64,000 nucleotides of DNA from an uncultured Candidatus Saccharibacteria bacterium (lineage in GTDB: Bacteria > Patescibacteriota > Doudnabacteria > UBA920). This document shows, in pieces, positions 35,735 through 45,484 of this stretch (positions are counted from its first letter, which is position 1; every line of letters starts with the position of its first letter). The position numbers and the translations under genes were made by a program. The notes under the pieces were generated by a model that was not told the origin of the DNA, ran no database searches, and saw only the letters and a list, made by a program, of their open reading frames with translations. Where the stretch lies: NCBI GenBank assembly GCA_964532425.1, contig CAZHIA010000001.1, positions 270,846 through 334,845 of the forward strand. Direction: 5' to 3'.

Positions 35735-36940
35735 ATGCAACCGCAGATTGTAGATAAAATCAAAGCAATGGTCAGATCTTCCGCGCTGCTGGATGCAGCC
35801 GAGCGGACCGAGTGGCTGCAGCTTGTCGACTTAATGAACGACAAGCAGCTGCTTGAATTGCAGCGCATTCTGCAGGCGGCGGAAGACAGGCAGAAAGCCA
35901 TAGATATTCGTCCGACCACAGTTCAGCCGGCTGCCGCCAAGCCGACCCCGTCTGCCCAAGCCATGCATTTGTCGCACATTTTGAATTTGCCGAAGGATGT
36001 GAGAGGAATGCAAGGAAAGCCTGCAGGGGCCGCCCCGGCTCGCCCAACAGAAACTGCATCGGCTGCCCAGCCACAGCGACCGCCGATTGCAGCCGACAAG
36101 CCTGGCAAGTCGTTGTCGCTGAAAGATTTCTTGAATGAGAAAGAACTGCCCCCCGGCCATCCGGAAAACGAGCTCGAGATTCCGGCGCATTTTGACGGGC
36201 AAAATTCTTCCGGAACAGTCAAGCCGGGTCCGGCTGCGATGCCGGTGAAACCGACGCTTCCTTCATCAGTTACGCGCCAGCCGGGTATGTCGCTTTCGGA
36301 TAAGCCCGCTCCGGCTAAAACAGAGCAGACAGGCAAGCTAGCCGTTGCTCCGCTCATACCAGCTCCTCCCACACCGAAGCAGCCGGTAACCAAACCAGAG
36401 GTTGCTGATCATCCGATGGTAATAAAATCAGTGGAAGAGATTAATGCCTTAAAGAGTCCTGCGGCAAAAGCTGCGAGCCAGGAGCAGGCAGCTGTCCGGC
36501 CGGGTATTAAGGACACGAAAATTTATTTGGACGCAAAACTCAGCGCGCCCAAGCCGGTACACGTGGATCTGGCAGCCGATGTCGGGCTTCCGGCAGATCA
36601 GTCAGCAGCAGCGAGGGCTGCCCAAGCGGCCGCAACCGGCAACCAGTTAAAGACTTTGGATGACATTCAAAAGTTGACGCCGCCGGTCTGGCGCGCGTAT
36701 CCTCCTGGTGAATTTTTAGACAGGATCAAGGGGCTGGTTATCCGATACGGGTACCATGACGTGATCTTCAATTTCGAAAGAAGTCCGCTCCACCAGTCTT
36801 ACATTGACACCGGTTTGAAAATACTTCATGGACGCGTCAGCTTTGAAGCGCTGGGAGAAGAGGTTCCTGGTGCACAATATCTCTCCCGCCAGGAGTTCGA
36901 AAAACTGGTGGATGTGTTAAGACAGATACAGGCTGCATAA
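35735..36940 (+). CDS. hypothetical Pro/Ala-rich protein (401 aa), T4SS-locus associated
   Basis: 4 nt gap to the upstream gene. Extended P/A/K-rich middle region and a folded C-terminal roughly 100 aa. Confidence 0.5.
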   Translation: MQPQIVDKIKAMVRSSALLDAAERTEWLQLVDLMNDKQLLELQRILQAAEDRQKAIDIRPTTVQPAAAKPTPSAQAMHLSHILNLPKDVRGMQGKPAGAAPARPTETASAAQPQRPPIAADKPGKSLSLKDFLNEKELPPGHPENELEIPAHFDGQNSSGTVKPGPAAMPVKPTLPSSVTRQPGMSLSDKPAPAKTEQTGKLAVAPLIPAPPTPKQPVTKPEVADHPMVIKSVEEINALKSPAAKAASQEQAAVRPGIKDTKIYLDAKLSAPKPVHVDLAADVGLPADQSAAARAAQAAATGNQLKTLDDIQKLTPPVWRAYPPGEFLDRIKGLVIRYGYHDVIFNFERSPLHQSYIDTGLKILHGRVSFEALGEEVPGAQYLSRQEFEKLVDVLRQIQAA

Positions 36941-37085
36941 CGCATGGTATAATGACTTAGTGGACGTATCATGCAAAAACTGCAAAATGTTTGTGTAAAA
37001 CCTTTTTACTCGCCTGGTCAACATTTGACCGCAGACGTCCCATGTCAATTGTCAAAGGTTAATTGTCAAATGTAGCTCAACTCCT

Positions 37086-37535
37086 ATGCAATACCCAGTC
37101 CCACAATTCACTGATGTGGAAGACAAGTTGATCGGCTCCCTGACCGTTAAGCAGTTCGGGATTATTTTCGGCGCGGGCGTGGTGGTATTTTTAGGGTACT
37201 CGGCGACCAAAAGCATTCCTGTACTAGTAGTGATGATCCTGCTTGTAGGCCTGCCGGCTATTGGGCTTGCTTTTGCCCCGTTTAATGGCCGTCCGATGTA
37301 CCGAATGTTGCCGTATATTTTCAGGTTTATGACCTCTCCGAAAATGCTTATTTTTCATAAGGAAGCCAACGATTTAGGTGCAGCCACGACCGTCAGAGAT
37401 GCCGAGTTAAAGAGCGGAGAAGGGCAAGCAGCTCCAAAGCTGTCGAGCAGTGAATCCAAGAACCGCCTGATGGAAATAAATCGGACGTTGGAAGAACAAG
37501 CCGCGGAGGAAGAACAACTGCTCAAGAGATTGTAG
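37086..37535 (+). CDS. PrgI/VirB3-like small two-TM membrane protein
   Basis: 149 aa with two adjacent TM helices (FGIIFGAGVVVFLGY and PVLVVMILLVGLPAIGLAFAPF), positioned just upstream of the VirB4 gene as in Gram-positive-type T4SS. Confidence 0.4.
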   Translation: MQYPVPQFTDVEDKLIGSLTVKQFGIIFGAGVVVFLGYSATKSIPVLVVMILLVGLPAIGLAFAPFNGRPMYRMLPYIFRFMTSPKMLIFHKEANDLGAATTVRDAELKSGEGQAAPKLSSSESKNRLMEINRTLEEQAAEEEQLLKRL

Positions 37536-37547
37536 AATATATAATAT

Positions 37548-38243
37548 TTGAACGTTATGGCATTCGACATGGAGAAAAAAGATAAGATCTCGGGCAGCAC
37601 TAAGACGACGCAGAGCTTTTTGCGGCTGAGTGAGATTAAAAATGACTCGGTTGTCATGGATGACGGCACACTCAGGGCTGTGATTGCCGTTTCCAGTACG
37701 AATTTCGATCTTAAAAGCCAAGACGAACAGAATGCCATTATTTTCAACTTCCAGCGCTTTCTGAATTCTTTAGAATTCCCGGTCCAGATCCTGATGCAGA
37801 GCCGAAAGGTTGAGGTGGGGAGCTATATTGAAAAGCTTAAGCGCATTGCCGAGCGCCAGTCCAATGAACTTCTTCGCGTTCAGACTAATGAATATATAGA
37901 GTTCATCAACCGGCTTATAGAAAATGCCAGCATTATGAACAAGAATTTTTATATTATTGTCCCGCTTGGTCAAAGTATTTTTCCGCCGGCATCAGGTTTC
38001 TTTGGCAGGCTATTCGGCGGTGCACACAAAGAAGCGGCTGCCCGCATCGAAAACTTTGAGCGTGAAAAGATAGAATTGGATACGCGGATCAACCAGGTGG
38101 TTTCAAGCTTAGGAGGAATCGGCATCCGCGGCGTACGCCTGAAGACCGAAGAGATTATCCAGCTGTACTACAATTCATATAATTTTGAAGCCGGTCCGGT
38201 TATTGACCCCAGTCAATTGAAAGACGTAAAAATAGTCGAGTAA
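37548..38243 (+). CDS. T4SS-associated protein resembling the non-ATPase N-terminal domain of VirB4/TraC-family proteins
   Basis: Pattern ...VVMDDGTLRAVIAVSSTNFDLKSQDEQNAIIFNFQRFLNSLEFPVQILMQSRKVEV... resembles the VirB4 N-domain. 8 nt upstream of virB4. Confidence 0.35.
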   Translation: MNVMAFDMEKKDKISGSTKTTQSFLRLSEIKNDSVVMDDGTLRAVIAVSSTNFDLKSQDEQNAIIFNFQRFLNSLEFPVQILMQSRKVEVGSYIEKLKRIAERQSNELLRVQTNEYIEFINRLIENASIMNKNFYIIVPLGQSIFPPASGFFGRLFGGAHKEAAARIENFEREKIELDTRINQVVSSLGGIGIRGVRLKTEEIIQLYYNSYNFEAGPVIDPSQLKDVKIVE

Positions 38244-38250
38244 CCTCACT

Positions 38251-41200
38251 ATGTCCCTTTTTAAACCAAAATCACAAAATGACAGTGTCACCTCTTCCGA
38301 CTCGTTAACAGGGTCAAATTTCACAGTGCCCCAAGAACCGCCAATGCAGGCGGCGTCTCCGCGCACCTTTACCGGAAACGGAGGAGTACCGGTCCGCAAA
38401 CGCAAACTTATGGCACCTCAGGAGCCGCAGCCGGTAGAGCCGGAGTCATTCACACCCGCAGCGCGGCCTGCTGCCGTGACGCAACCAGAGCAGGCTCCGG
38501 CACAGCCGGAAGTTGCCTCAGTTCCAACACCTGTTCCTGCCACCTCGCCGTCAAAGTTTGAAGCGGCCGTTCCTGCGCCGGTTATAGAGCCGCCTGCGCC
38601 GATTATTGAGCCCGTGCCGGCAGCAAAGCCAGAGCCAGTAACCGCGTCTTTTGAACCGTCAGAAATACTCGAAGTTCCGGCGGCAATCCCCGAAAATGTT
38701 CCCGTGAATATACAAAGCGATGTGCGAGAGTCAGATGATTCACAGGCTGTCGTTCCGCAGCTTGAGCCGATTATTCCCGCCTATGCCGAATCGGTGCCTG
38801 CCCTGGAGCCCGAGGTATCAAAAGCCCAGCCTGCAGTAATACAACCCCAGCCCGCATTTGAGCGCTCGGTTTCGGCGCCTGAAGAACGTGGGGATTTCGC
38901 AGCGGCTAGTCAAGCCGTTGAGCCGCAAGACCTGCAGGAGCCAGAACCACAAGCCGATGTACAGCCGCAGACAAGAGAGGTTCGCATACAACCAGGGAAG
39001 CCGGGACTGGCCGGTTCGCTCCGCAATATATTGAAGAAAGCCAAGCCGATGCCAGCCCCCGTCATTGAGGAGCGTGTGGCTCAGCCCTCGGCTTTGAGGC
39101 CTATGAGCAAGCGAAAACCGGCTATACGGGAACCGGAACAGGTGGCAGATGCCGATATGAGCCAAGACTACCAGCCGGTTATTCAACAACCGGTGCGCAG
39201 GCAGCCTGCTCCGGCCAGAAATATGCCAATTCGTCCCCAACAGAACCGTACCATTCGCAGGCCGCAGGTTGCCGTGGAAAATTTTGATAATGGCGGGGAG
39301 CCTGCAGTTGATGCAGATGGACAGCTTTTCGAACAGCCGCAAGAGGTGCAGCCGGAATATCGGCCCGCGCGGCCAATGAAGCCCCAGCGTCCGGTTATGC
39401 GTCCGCATATTTCCATACCACAAGACATCGAAACCCAGGAGGAAGTTGCTCCTGAAGAATTCGTGCCGGCTGGAAGAACGAGAAGCAGGTACCCGGAAGC
39501 GGACATGGAAACTGACCAGGGGGACGCTGCTTCCGATGAAATGGAAACGCAGGAGACCGATTCAGGCTATGCGGAAGAGGAAGTAACCGAACGGCGCATG
39601 CCGCCGGCCCGTATGCGGCGCCCGGTGGAATCGTATCGCCAGCAGCGTCGACCTACCACCGCGGGTATGTCCCGGCGCCAGGCTGCCCCCAAGAGTTTTG
39701 GGGTCAAGGAAAAAGCCAGTGCGCCGGATGGTATTTTTGGCACGTTCTTCAAGCAAAAATCGCGGGAAGAAATTGAGGCCCAAAAACGAAAGCTGGAAAA
39801 ACTTGAAGAAGAAAAGAACGCTTCCAAGCGGCTCGGCGATATTGAGAAGACATATAAGGAAGGCCTGACTACATTGAAGGATCTTCTGGCGCCGGCCTCG
39901 CTCAAATTCGAGAGTTCATATTTCGAATTGAACGGAAGGTTCGGTAGAAGCTTTTTCGTGCTGACTTATCCGCGCTTTTTATCATCCAATTGGCTGTCAT
40001 TTATCATCCAGTCAGAAGGCGCTCTCGATGTTTCGATGTTCATATATCCGATCGATTCAGAAACGATCCTTAAGAAGCTTAAGTCAAAAGTCGGTGAGAT
40101 CGGTTCGCAAATAGCCATTAACCAGGAAAAAGGCATGGTCCGCGATCCGATGCTCGAGACGGCGTATAATGACGTAGAGAGTCTGCGCGACGACCTCATG
40201 CAGGGAACGGAAAAATATTTCCGTTTCGCCCTCTATTTTACCCTGTACGCCAGCGACCTGCAGGAACTGGATAAGAATTCGGCTACTTTGGAAAGCGCTC
40301 TGGGAGCCAAACTGATCGTGACCAAGCGGGCGCTGATGCAGACCCAGGACGGGTTCAATTCTACGCTGCCGCTGGGACTCGATGACTTGGATGTTGCCAA
40401 TAACATGAATACGAGCCCGCTCTCTACCGTTTTTCCGTTCGTGTCTTCCGACCTGACCGGCAATGACGGTATCTTGTACGGCATTAATCGTCATAACAAC
40501 AGCCTTATTTTGTTCGACCGGTTCGCCATGGAAAACGCGAATTCGGTTGTGTTCGCCAAGTCCGGTGCGGGGAAATCTTACGCGGTCAAACTCGAAGTGC
40601 TGCGTAGTCTCATGGTTGGTACGGATGTCATTATTATCGACCCGGAAAATGAATACAAGCATCTGGCCGATGCGGTCGGTGGCACGTATTTGAGTGTGTC
40701 CTTAAACGCCCAATCGCGCATTAATCCGTTCGATCTGCCCATAGGCCTTGAAGGGGAAGATGGTGCCGATATTTTGCGGTCAGCCGTGGTCAACTTACTC
40801 GGTCTGTTTAACTTGATGCTCGGCAAGCTCAATCCTACGGAAGAAGCCTTGATGGATAAGGCTATTTGGCAGACATACGCTAAAAAGGATATTACCGAAA
40901 ATTCGGATTTCCGCATGGTCGAGTACCCGACCATGAACGATCTGGTAGAGATTCTGGAGGGTATGGTCGGGGCAGAAAGCCTGGCTCAGCGCTTGTCCAA
41001 ATATACCGAAGGCACGTTTGCCGGGTTGTTCAACCAGCCGACGAACGTGGTACTCAACAACCAATTGGTGGTATTTTCCATTCGCGATCTTGAAGACGAG
41101 CTGCGCCCCATTGCCATGTATATCGTACTCAACTATATTTGGAACGCCATCCGTTCGGAGCTGAAGAAGCGCATCTTGGCGGTGGATGAAGCCTGGATCC

Positions 41201-41577
41201 TTATGCAGCATGAGGACAGCGCGCGTTTTCTATTTTCCATTGCCAAGCGCGGCCGCAAATACTACATGGGTCTGACGACCATTACCCAGGACGTGGCGGA
41301 CTTTATGGCAAGCCCGTATGGCAAGCCGATTGTGACCAACTCTTCCATTCAGTTGCTGTTAAAGCAGAGCCCAGCCGCCATTAATGTGATTGCGGAAACG
41401 TTCTTCTTGACTGAAGGGGAAAAGTACCTGCTGCTGGAAAGCGAAGTGGGGGAGGGGATCTTCTTTGCGGGTCTCAAACACGCGGCAATCAAGATATATG
41501 CTTCATATGTTGAGGACCAGATTATTACGACCGACCCCAAGCAGTTGCTGGAACAGGAACAACAGCAGGAACAGTGA
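38251..41577 (+). CDS. virB4: type IV secretion system ATPase VirB4/TrbE/CagE family, fused to a roughly 530 aa Pro/Ala/Glu/Gln-rich disordered N-terminal region
   Basis: Walker A VVFAKSGAGKSYAVK and Walker B ILAVDEAWILM. VirB4 N-domain features (FFVLTYPRFLSSNWLSFI...DVSMFIYP) begin at about residue 540. Confidence 0.85.
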   Translation: MSLFKPKSQNDSVTSSDSLTGSNFTVPQEPPMQAASPRTFTGNGGVPVRKRKLMAPQEPQPVEPESFTPAARPAAVTQPEQAPAQPEVASVPTPVPATSPSKFEAAVPAPVIEPPAPIIEPVPAAKPEPVTASFEPSEILEVPAAIPENVPVNIQSDVRESDDSQAVVPQLEPIIPAYAESVPALEPEVSKAQPAVIQPQPAFERSVSAPEERGDFAAASQAVEPQDLQEPEPQADVQPQTREVRIQPGKPGLAGSLRNILKKAKPMPAPVIEERVAQPSALRPMSKRKPAIREPEQVADADMSQDYQPVIQQPVRRQPAPARNMPIRPQQNRTIRRPQVAVENFDNGGEPAVDADGQLFEQPQEVQPEYRPARPMKPQRPVMRPHISIPQDIETQEEVAPEEFVPAGRTRSRYPEADMETDQGDAASDEMETQETDSGYAEEEVTERRMPPARMRRPVESYRQQRRPTTAGMSRRQAAPKSFGVKEKASAPDGIFGTFFKQKSREEIEAQKRKLEKLEEEKNASKRLGDIEKTYKEGLTTLKDLLAPASLKFESSYFELNGRFGRSFFVLTYPRFLSSNWLSFIIQSEGALDVSMFIYPIDSETILKKLKSKVGEIGSQIAINQEKGMVRDPMLETAYNDVESLRDDLMQGTEKYFRFALYFTLYASDLQELDKNSATLESALGAKLIVTKRALMQTQDGFNSTLPLGLDDLDVANNMNTSPLSTVFPFVSSDLTGNDGILYGINRHNNSLILFDRFAMENANSVVFAKSGAGKSYAVKLEVLRSLMVGTDVIIIDPENEYKHLADAVGGTYLSVSLNAQSRINPFDLPIGLEGEDGADILRSAVVNLLGLFNLMLGKLNPTEEALMDKAIWQTYAKKDITENSDFRMVEYPTMNDLVEILEGMVGAESLAQRLSKYTEGTFAGLFNQPTNVVLNNQLVVFSIRDLEDELRPIAMYIVLNYIWNAIRSELKKRILAVDEAWILMQHEDSARFLFSIAKRGRKYYMGLTTITQDVADFMASPYGKPIVTNSSIQLLLKQSPAAINVIAETFFLTEGEKYLLLESEVGEGIFFAGLKHAAIKIYASYVEDQIITTDPKQLLEQEQQQEQ

Positions 41578-41591
41578 AGCGAGAGATGTCG

Positions 41592-41665
41592 AAGATAACG
41601 ATAACAATAACTATAAGTATACAATTGTGAAGAGTTATGGTTATACTTATCGTTATTGTTATTTT
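41592..41665. repeat. AT-rich inverted repeat/hairpin between virB4 and the transglycosylase gene
   Basis: GATAACGATAACAATAACTATAAGTATAC ... TATACTTATCGTTATTGTTATT. Confidence 0.4.
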
Positions 41666-41678
41666 AATTGGGTAGCGC

Positions 41679-43589
41679 ATGCCGAACGACGATCAGACTA
41701 GTACTGTAATGGATCAAGATACCGACTCTGATGCCGGCGATTTTGGCAATGGAACACCAGGTAGTCAAACGGTATTTCAGCAAGACAATATCCGCACTTC
41801 CCACGCATATGTTAGAAGCGGTGAGAACGAAGAAGAAAAACGGGACAAAGAAAAAGACGAGCGGCCGATCGATAAGGCTCTGCGCCGAGAGGATAACCTG
41901 AATAAGCTTTTTGGAAAAAATCGGAAATCCGAACCGGTAAGGGGAAACGCTTTGCCGGTTTCTAAACCTGGGCAAACAGGTGGTTTGACTCCAAGCGGGG
42001 GGAAAGTTTCCGGTCCTGTGGCTAAGGGAGGGAGTGGTCAGGGATCAGGGGCGGCAACTGCAATAGCTATGGCGCCTTATGCCGCAGGGGTGGCAAAGGA
42101 ACTGGCTAAACATCCTGTAAATTCGACTAAAATTTTGTCCCCAAAGAGTCCTGGAAACCAGCCGGGTATTACTGACCCAAAGAAAGCGGATCCTCTACTT
42201 GAATTACAGGAAGGAAACCGGCAGTTGGAGGCTGAAAAGGAAAGAAGGGACCAGCAGCCGGCAGGTCTACAGCCGGATACTGGCAATGTAAATCGACAAA
42301 CTCCACCCCAAGAAGGTCAAATTGGATTGCCTAAATCTTTGAGAACGGGGCAAATGGATGGCTTGAATTCCTTAAAACGGAATGACCAGGCGCTTTCGGC
42401 GCGTCTTGGCAGTTTGCAGGCCGGGCGCGAACCGAAGGCTGGACAACAAGAGCAAGACAATATGAGACAGTATGCGCCTCCTCCGATTCCAGGCGAGCCG
42501 CGTCCGGCAACCCAGGTGACCGGAAAAGACGGACAACCGGCCCAACCGATTTCTAAAACTGCTCAGAGTGGTGCTTTGGCTGACAGGCAGGTCCCGGAAG
42601 ACGGGGCGGCCACGGCAGCAGAGAAAAAACAAGAGGAAGGGAAGGGTGCGAGCGGTCTTGTGGAGGACCCTGCATTTCAGGCGGCTCAGAATAAAGCACT
42701 CAGCGCAATGGGACCGGAAGGCGCCCTGGCGGCGAAAGTGCTCCAGACCAAAGCCGGGCAGGAATTGGAAGAAAAAGTAGTGGGACAAGCCGTCAAAAGA
42801 GGTTGGTGGTACGGTTTTGGCATTGCATCCGGTGTATTTTTTTCCGGGTTCGATTTCATGGTTGGTGCAATCATCATGGATGCGTACTGGTTTGCTCATC
42901 GCAAGGACAAACAACTCTTTCCGATGAAAGGCTGGCAAAAAGCTGTGACGCTGTTCGCCAATATTGCTCCGCTTTTATACGCGTTGGCGTTGCTGTTTAT
43001 TATTATGTTTACGCTTTGTAATACCTGGTCAACGAAATATGCGATAAAGGGTATTTCTTATTTTAGCGGCAGTACGGACTATTGCCAGTATTTTGATATT
43101 GATACATCGGCTGTTGGTAATTCCGGCGATGCATTGACCTCATTGCCGAATAACGGCGGCACAGGCTTGTGTAAATCCCAGGCATTCGGACCGGCAAGCG
43201 AGAGTACACTGTCGACTTCTTGTTTTGGCGCGAACGCATCCGCGGCTTCTGCCATTGCTGGCGCCGAGAGCGGTGGTGATCCTACTGCCAAGAGTTCAAC
43301 GGATAAGTGTGCGGACGGTAATTCAGTTTCCATCGGCTTGTTCCAGATTAATTTGACCAATCATCAGATTGGCGGTTTGAATTGCCCGGCCGCTTTTACC
43401 AGGCAGTATACGGCTGCTGATCATAGCTGCATCGTGAAAACCGATGCAGTCTCCCAAGCGTTGTATAATAACTGTGTGGCCGCGGCGCAGGATCCTGCCA
43501 ATAACATCCAGGCAGCATGTACCATCTCTTCAAATGGTGCCCATTGGGGGCAGTGGGGAGCAAACAATAAATGCGGTTTTACTCCGTGA
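41679..43589 (+). CDS. VirB1-like lytic transglycosylase (SLT/lysozyme-like domain) with a long disordered N-terminus and an internal TM
   Basis: C-terminal SLT signature AIAGAESGGDPTAKS...SIGLFQIN (ES...GLxQI). Hydrophobic segment WWYGFGIASGVFFSGFDFMVGAIIM. Confidence 0.65.
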   Translation: MPNDDQTSTVMDQDTDSDAGDFGNGTPGSQTVFQQDNIRTSHAYVRSGENEEEKRDKEKDERPIDKALRREDNLNKLFGKNRKSEPVRGNALPVSKPGQTGGLTPSGGKVSGPVAKGGSGQGSGAATAIAMAPYAAGVAKELAKHPVNSTKILSPKSPGNQPGITDPKKADPLLELQEGNRQLEAEKERRDQQPAGLQPDTGNVNRQTPPQEGQIGLPKSLRTGQMDGLNSLKRNDQALSARLGSLQAGREPKAGQQEQDNMRQYAPPPIPGEPRPATQVTGKDGQPAQPISKTAQSGALADRQVPEDGAATAAEKKQEEGKGASGLVEDPAFQAAQNKALSAMGPEGALAAKVLQTKAGQELEEKVVGQAVKRGWWYGFGIASGVFFSGFDFMVGAIIMDAYWFAHRKDKQLFPMKGWQKAVTLFANIAPLLYALALLFIIMFTLCNTWSTKYAIKGISYFSGSTDYCQYFDIDTSAVGNSGDALTSLPNNGGTGLCKSQAFGPASESTLSTSCFGANASAASAIAGAESGGDPTAKSSTDKCADGNSVSIGLFQINLTNHQIGGLNCPAAFTRQYTAADHSCIVKTDAVSQALYNNCVAAAQDPANNIQAACTISSNGAHWGQWGANNKCGFTP

Positions 43590-43598
43590 ACGTACGGT

Positions 43599-44039
43599 AT
43601 GAAGCATAAAGCGCTTAAAATTTTTGGAGGCGTGGTTGTAGCCGGTATATTCCTGTACTGCGTGTTCTTGGCAATGCAGCAGAGTCTGGACACAGTTTCG
43701 TCCCGTCTGGGGATTCCGACCGGGTCCGGTATGGTGCGCGTTAAGGATTTTACCGCGCATCCGGTGCAGCAAGTGCAGGATACCCAACTCATCGAACGTA
43801 CAGACCAGTTCAGCATCATGTACTATCCGAAAGAGCAAGCATTCAATATTACCGTAACCGGAAGCCAGATTCGGCAGGCGCGTGCTGCGGCAGAGTCTGA
43901 ATTTCTCCGAATGCTTGACATTGACAAAAACCAGGCCTGCCAGCTGCGCGTGTCGCTTATGGTCCCATATGCGGTAGCGCCAGACCTGGCTGGGCGCAAT
44001 TATGCCTTAAGTTTCTGCAAATCAGGCGTGTTGTTCTAG
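43599..44039 (+). CDS. membrane-anchored hypothetical protein (146 aa)
   Basis: 10 nt after the upstream stop. N-terminal TM. Confidence 0.45.
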   Translation: MKHKALKIFGGVVVAGIFLYCVFLAMQQSLDTVSSRLGIPTGSGMVRVKDFTAHPVQQVQDTQLIERTDQFSIMYYPKEQAFNITVTGSQIRQARAAAESEFLRMLDIDKNQACQLRVSLMVPYAVAPDLAGRNYALSFCKSGVLF

Positions 44040-44151
44040 ACTGGCGGGCTATGCCTTGAGTATGGTATAATACAATAAAGCGAAACTACATCCCCAACAT
44101 TTGATTATGTCAGAAGGCGGGGCAAACTTAAGCTAAGGATACAAAAATCAT

Positions 44152-45354
44152 ATGAATAAAAAGGCAATAGCGATTTTGGGGGCGATTTTTCTTTTGATTG
44201 TGGGAACGCTTGGTTTTTTGATTTTTTCCAAGTCATCCTCCAAAAACAATACTGGCAATAACCAGTTAGAGCCGCCCCAAACGCAGGCGAACAACCAGAA
44301 CCAGAATCCGATTCCGAACCCGCCGCCCTCCCAGGTGAATACCTCAACACCTCCGGTTGCAACGAGTACACCCCCCATCACGAATCCTAATCCGCAGACT
44401 CAGCGTACTCCGGTCAAGTTGACCGAGGAAACCGTAGTCTCTCCAGCTTTGTTCTATGATGGGAGTGCCGTAGCTTATTTCGGCACGCAAGGGAGTTTGT
44501 ACCAGGCCGTGTTGGACCAAACAGGAGACACTATTACGCTGAGCCGCAAACATACCATTGATATTCCGGCGAAGTCTAATATTTCGCGCATTCTATGGCC
44601 GAAGAAAGGCAGTGACCTGATTGCAGAGTTCGTCAATAGTGGCAAGAAAACTTGGAGTTATTTCAACAGCAAGACCGGGTCTTATACCGATCTGCCTTCA
44701 CAGATCTTTTCTTTGGACTGGATGCCGAGCGGGGATAAAATTCTGTACACATGGCTGGAAAATGGCAAGACTACTTTGAATATATCCGATCCCGATAGTA
44801 CTCATTGGCAGGGGGTCGCCGACATGTGGGAAAATGATGATGCCTTGAGCGTATCTCCCGACGGTTTGAACGTCTTATACTACCGTACGGCAAATCCGGC
44901 AGCTGACAATCCAATTTATATGGTATCCATAGACGGAAAGGTCTGGCGGACACTGGTGAAGACCGGATATAACTTTGGCGTCTCGTGGAGTCCTGATGGG
45001 CAAAAATTTATTTATTCCAAACGCGACCCATCCAACCAGAAGCCCGGGCTTTGGTACTATAATCTCGCTACGGGCGAAACCAAGAGCCTGAATGTGCCCG
45101 GCACGGCCGACAAGCTGGTTTGGGACAGCGCAAGCAAGTACGTCTATGCCGCTTCGCCAACCAGTGGGGACGTGCAAAACGGGCTCACTGTTGATACATT
45201 CAGCCGTATTGATACCGATACTTTGGAACAAAAGAATTATGACCTCGGCGGGGTGAACGTCGACTTCCGCGATATGTTCCTGAATCTTGCCGGCTCGGTC
45301 CTTTATTTCCGCAACGCACAGGATGGAGCGTTGTATTACCTCAATCTGAATTGA
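44152..45354 (+). CDS. secreted TolB-like beta-propeller (PD40 repeat) protein with an N/Q/P-rich linker
   Basis: Signal/TM anchor, then repeated motifs SPDG(x)K(x)Y... (VSPDGLNVLYYRT, WSPDGQKFIYSKRD). Confidence 0.45.
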   Translation: MNKKAIAILGAIFLLIVGTLGFLIFSKSSSKNNTGNNQLEPPQTQANNQNQNPIPNPPPSQVNTSTPPVATSTPPITNPNPQTQRTPVKLTEETVVSPALFYDGSAVAYFGTQGSLYQAVLDQTGDTITLSRKHTIDIPAKSNISRILWPKKGSDLIAEFVNSGKKTWSYFNSKTGSYTDLPSQIFSLDWMPSGDKILYTWLENGKTTLNISDPDSTHWQGVADMWENDDALSVSPDGLNVLYYRTANPAADNPIYMVSIDGKVWRTLVKTGYNFGVSWSPDGQKFIYSKRDPSNQKPGLWYYNLATGETKSLNVPGTADKLVWDSASKYVYAASPTSGDVQNGLTVDTFSRIDTDTLEQKNYDLGGVNVDFRDMFLNLAGSVLYFRNAQDGALYYLNLN

Positions 45355-45394
45355 CATCAGGGGTTCGGTATAGTAGGATTGAACAAAATTTAAA

Positions 45395-45484
45395 AAATTG
45401 ACAAAATTGACAAAATTAAACTGCAGATGCGGTTATACAATTTTGTCAATTTTGTACAATTATGTCATTTTTGTCAATTAATTT
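45395..45484. promoter_or_regulatory. AT-rich TTGACAAAA / TTTTGTCAA inverted-repeat array upstream of radA
   Basis: aaaaattgacaaaattgacaaaatt ... caattttgtcaattttgtacaattatgtcatttttgtcaatt. Confidence 0.45.

Noticed and set aside
37548-38243. Calling 37548..38243 a VirB8 or pilin component
   Set aside because: No TM segment typical of VirB8 and no pilin-like hydrophobic core. The similarity is only to the VirB4 N-domain pattern, so it is kept as a generic T4SS-associated protein with low confidence.
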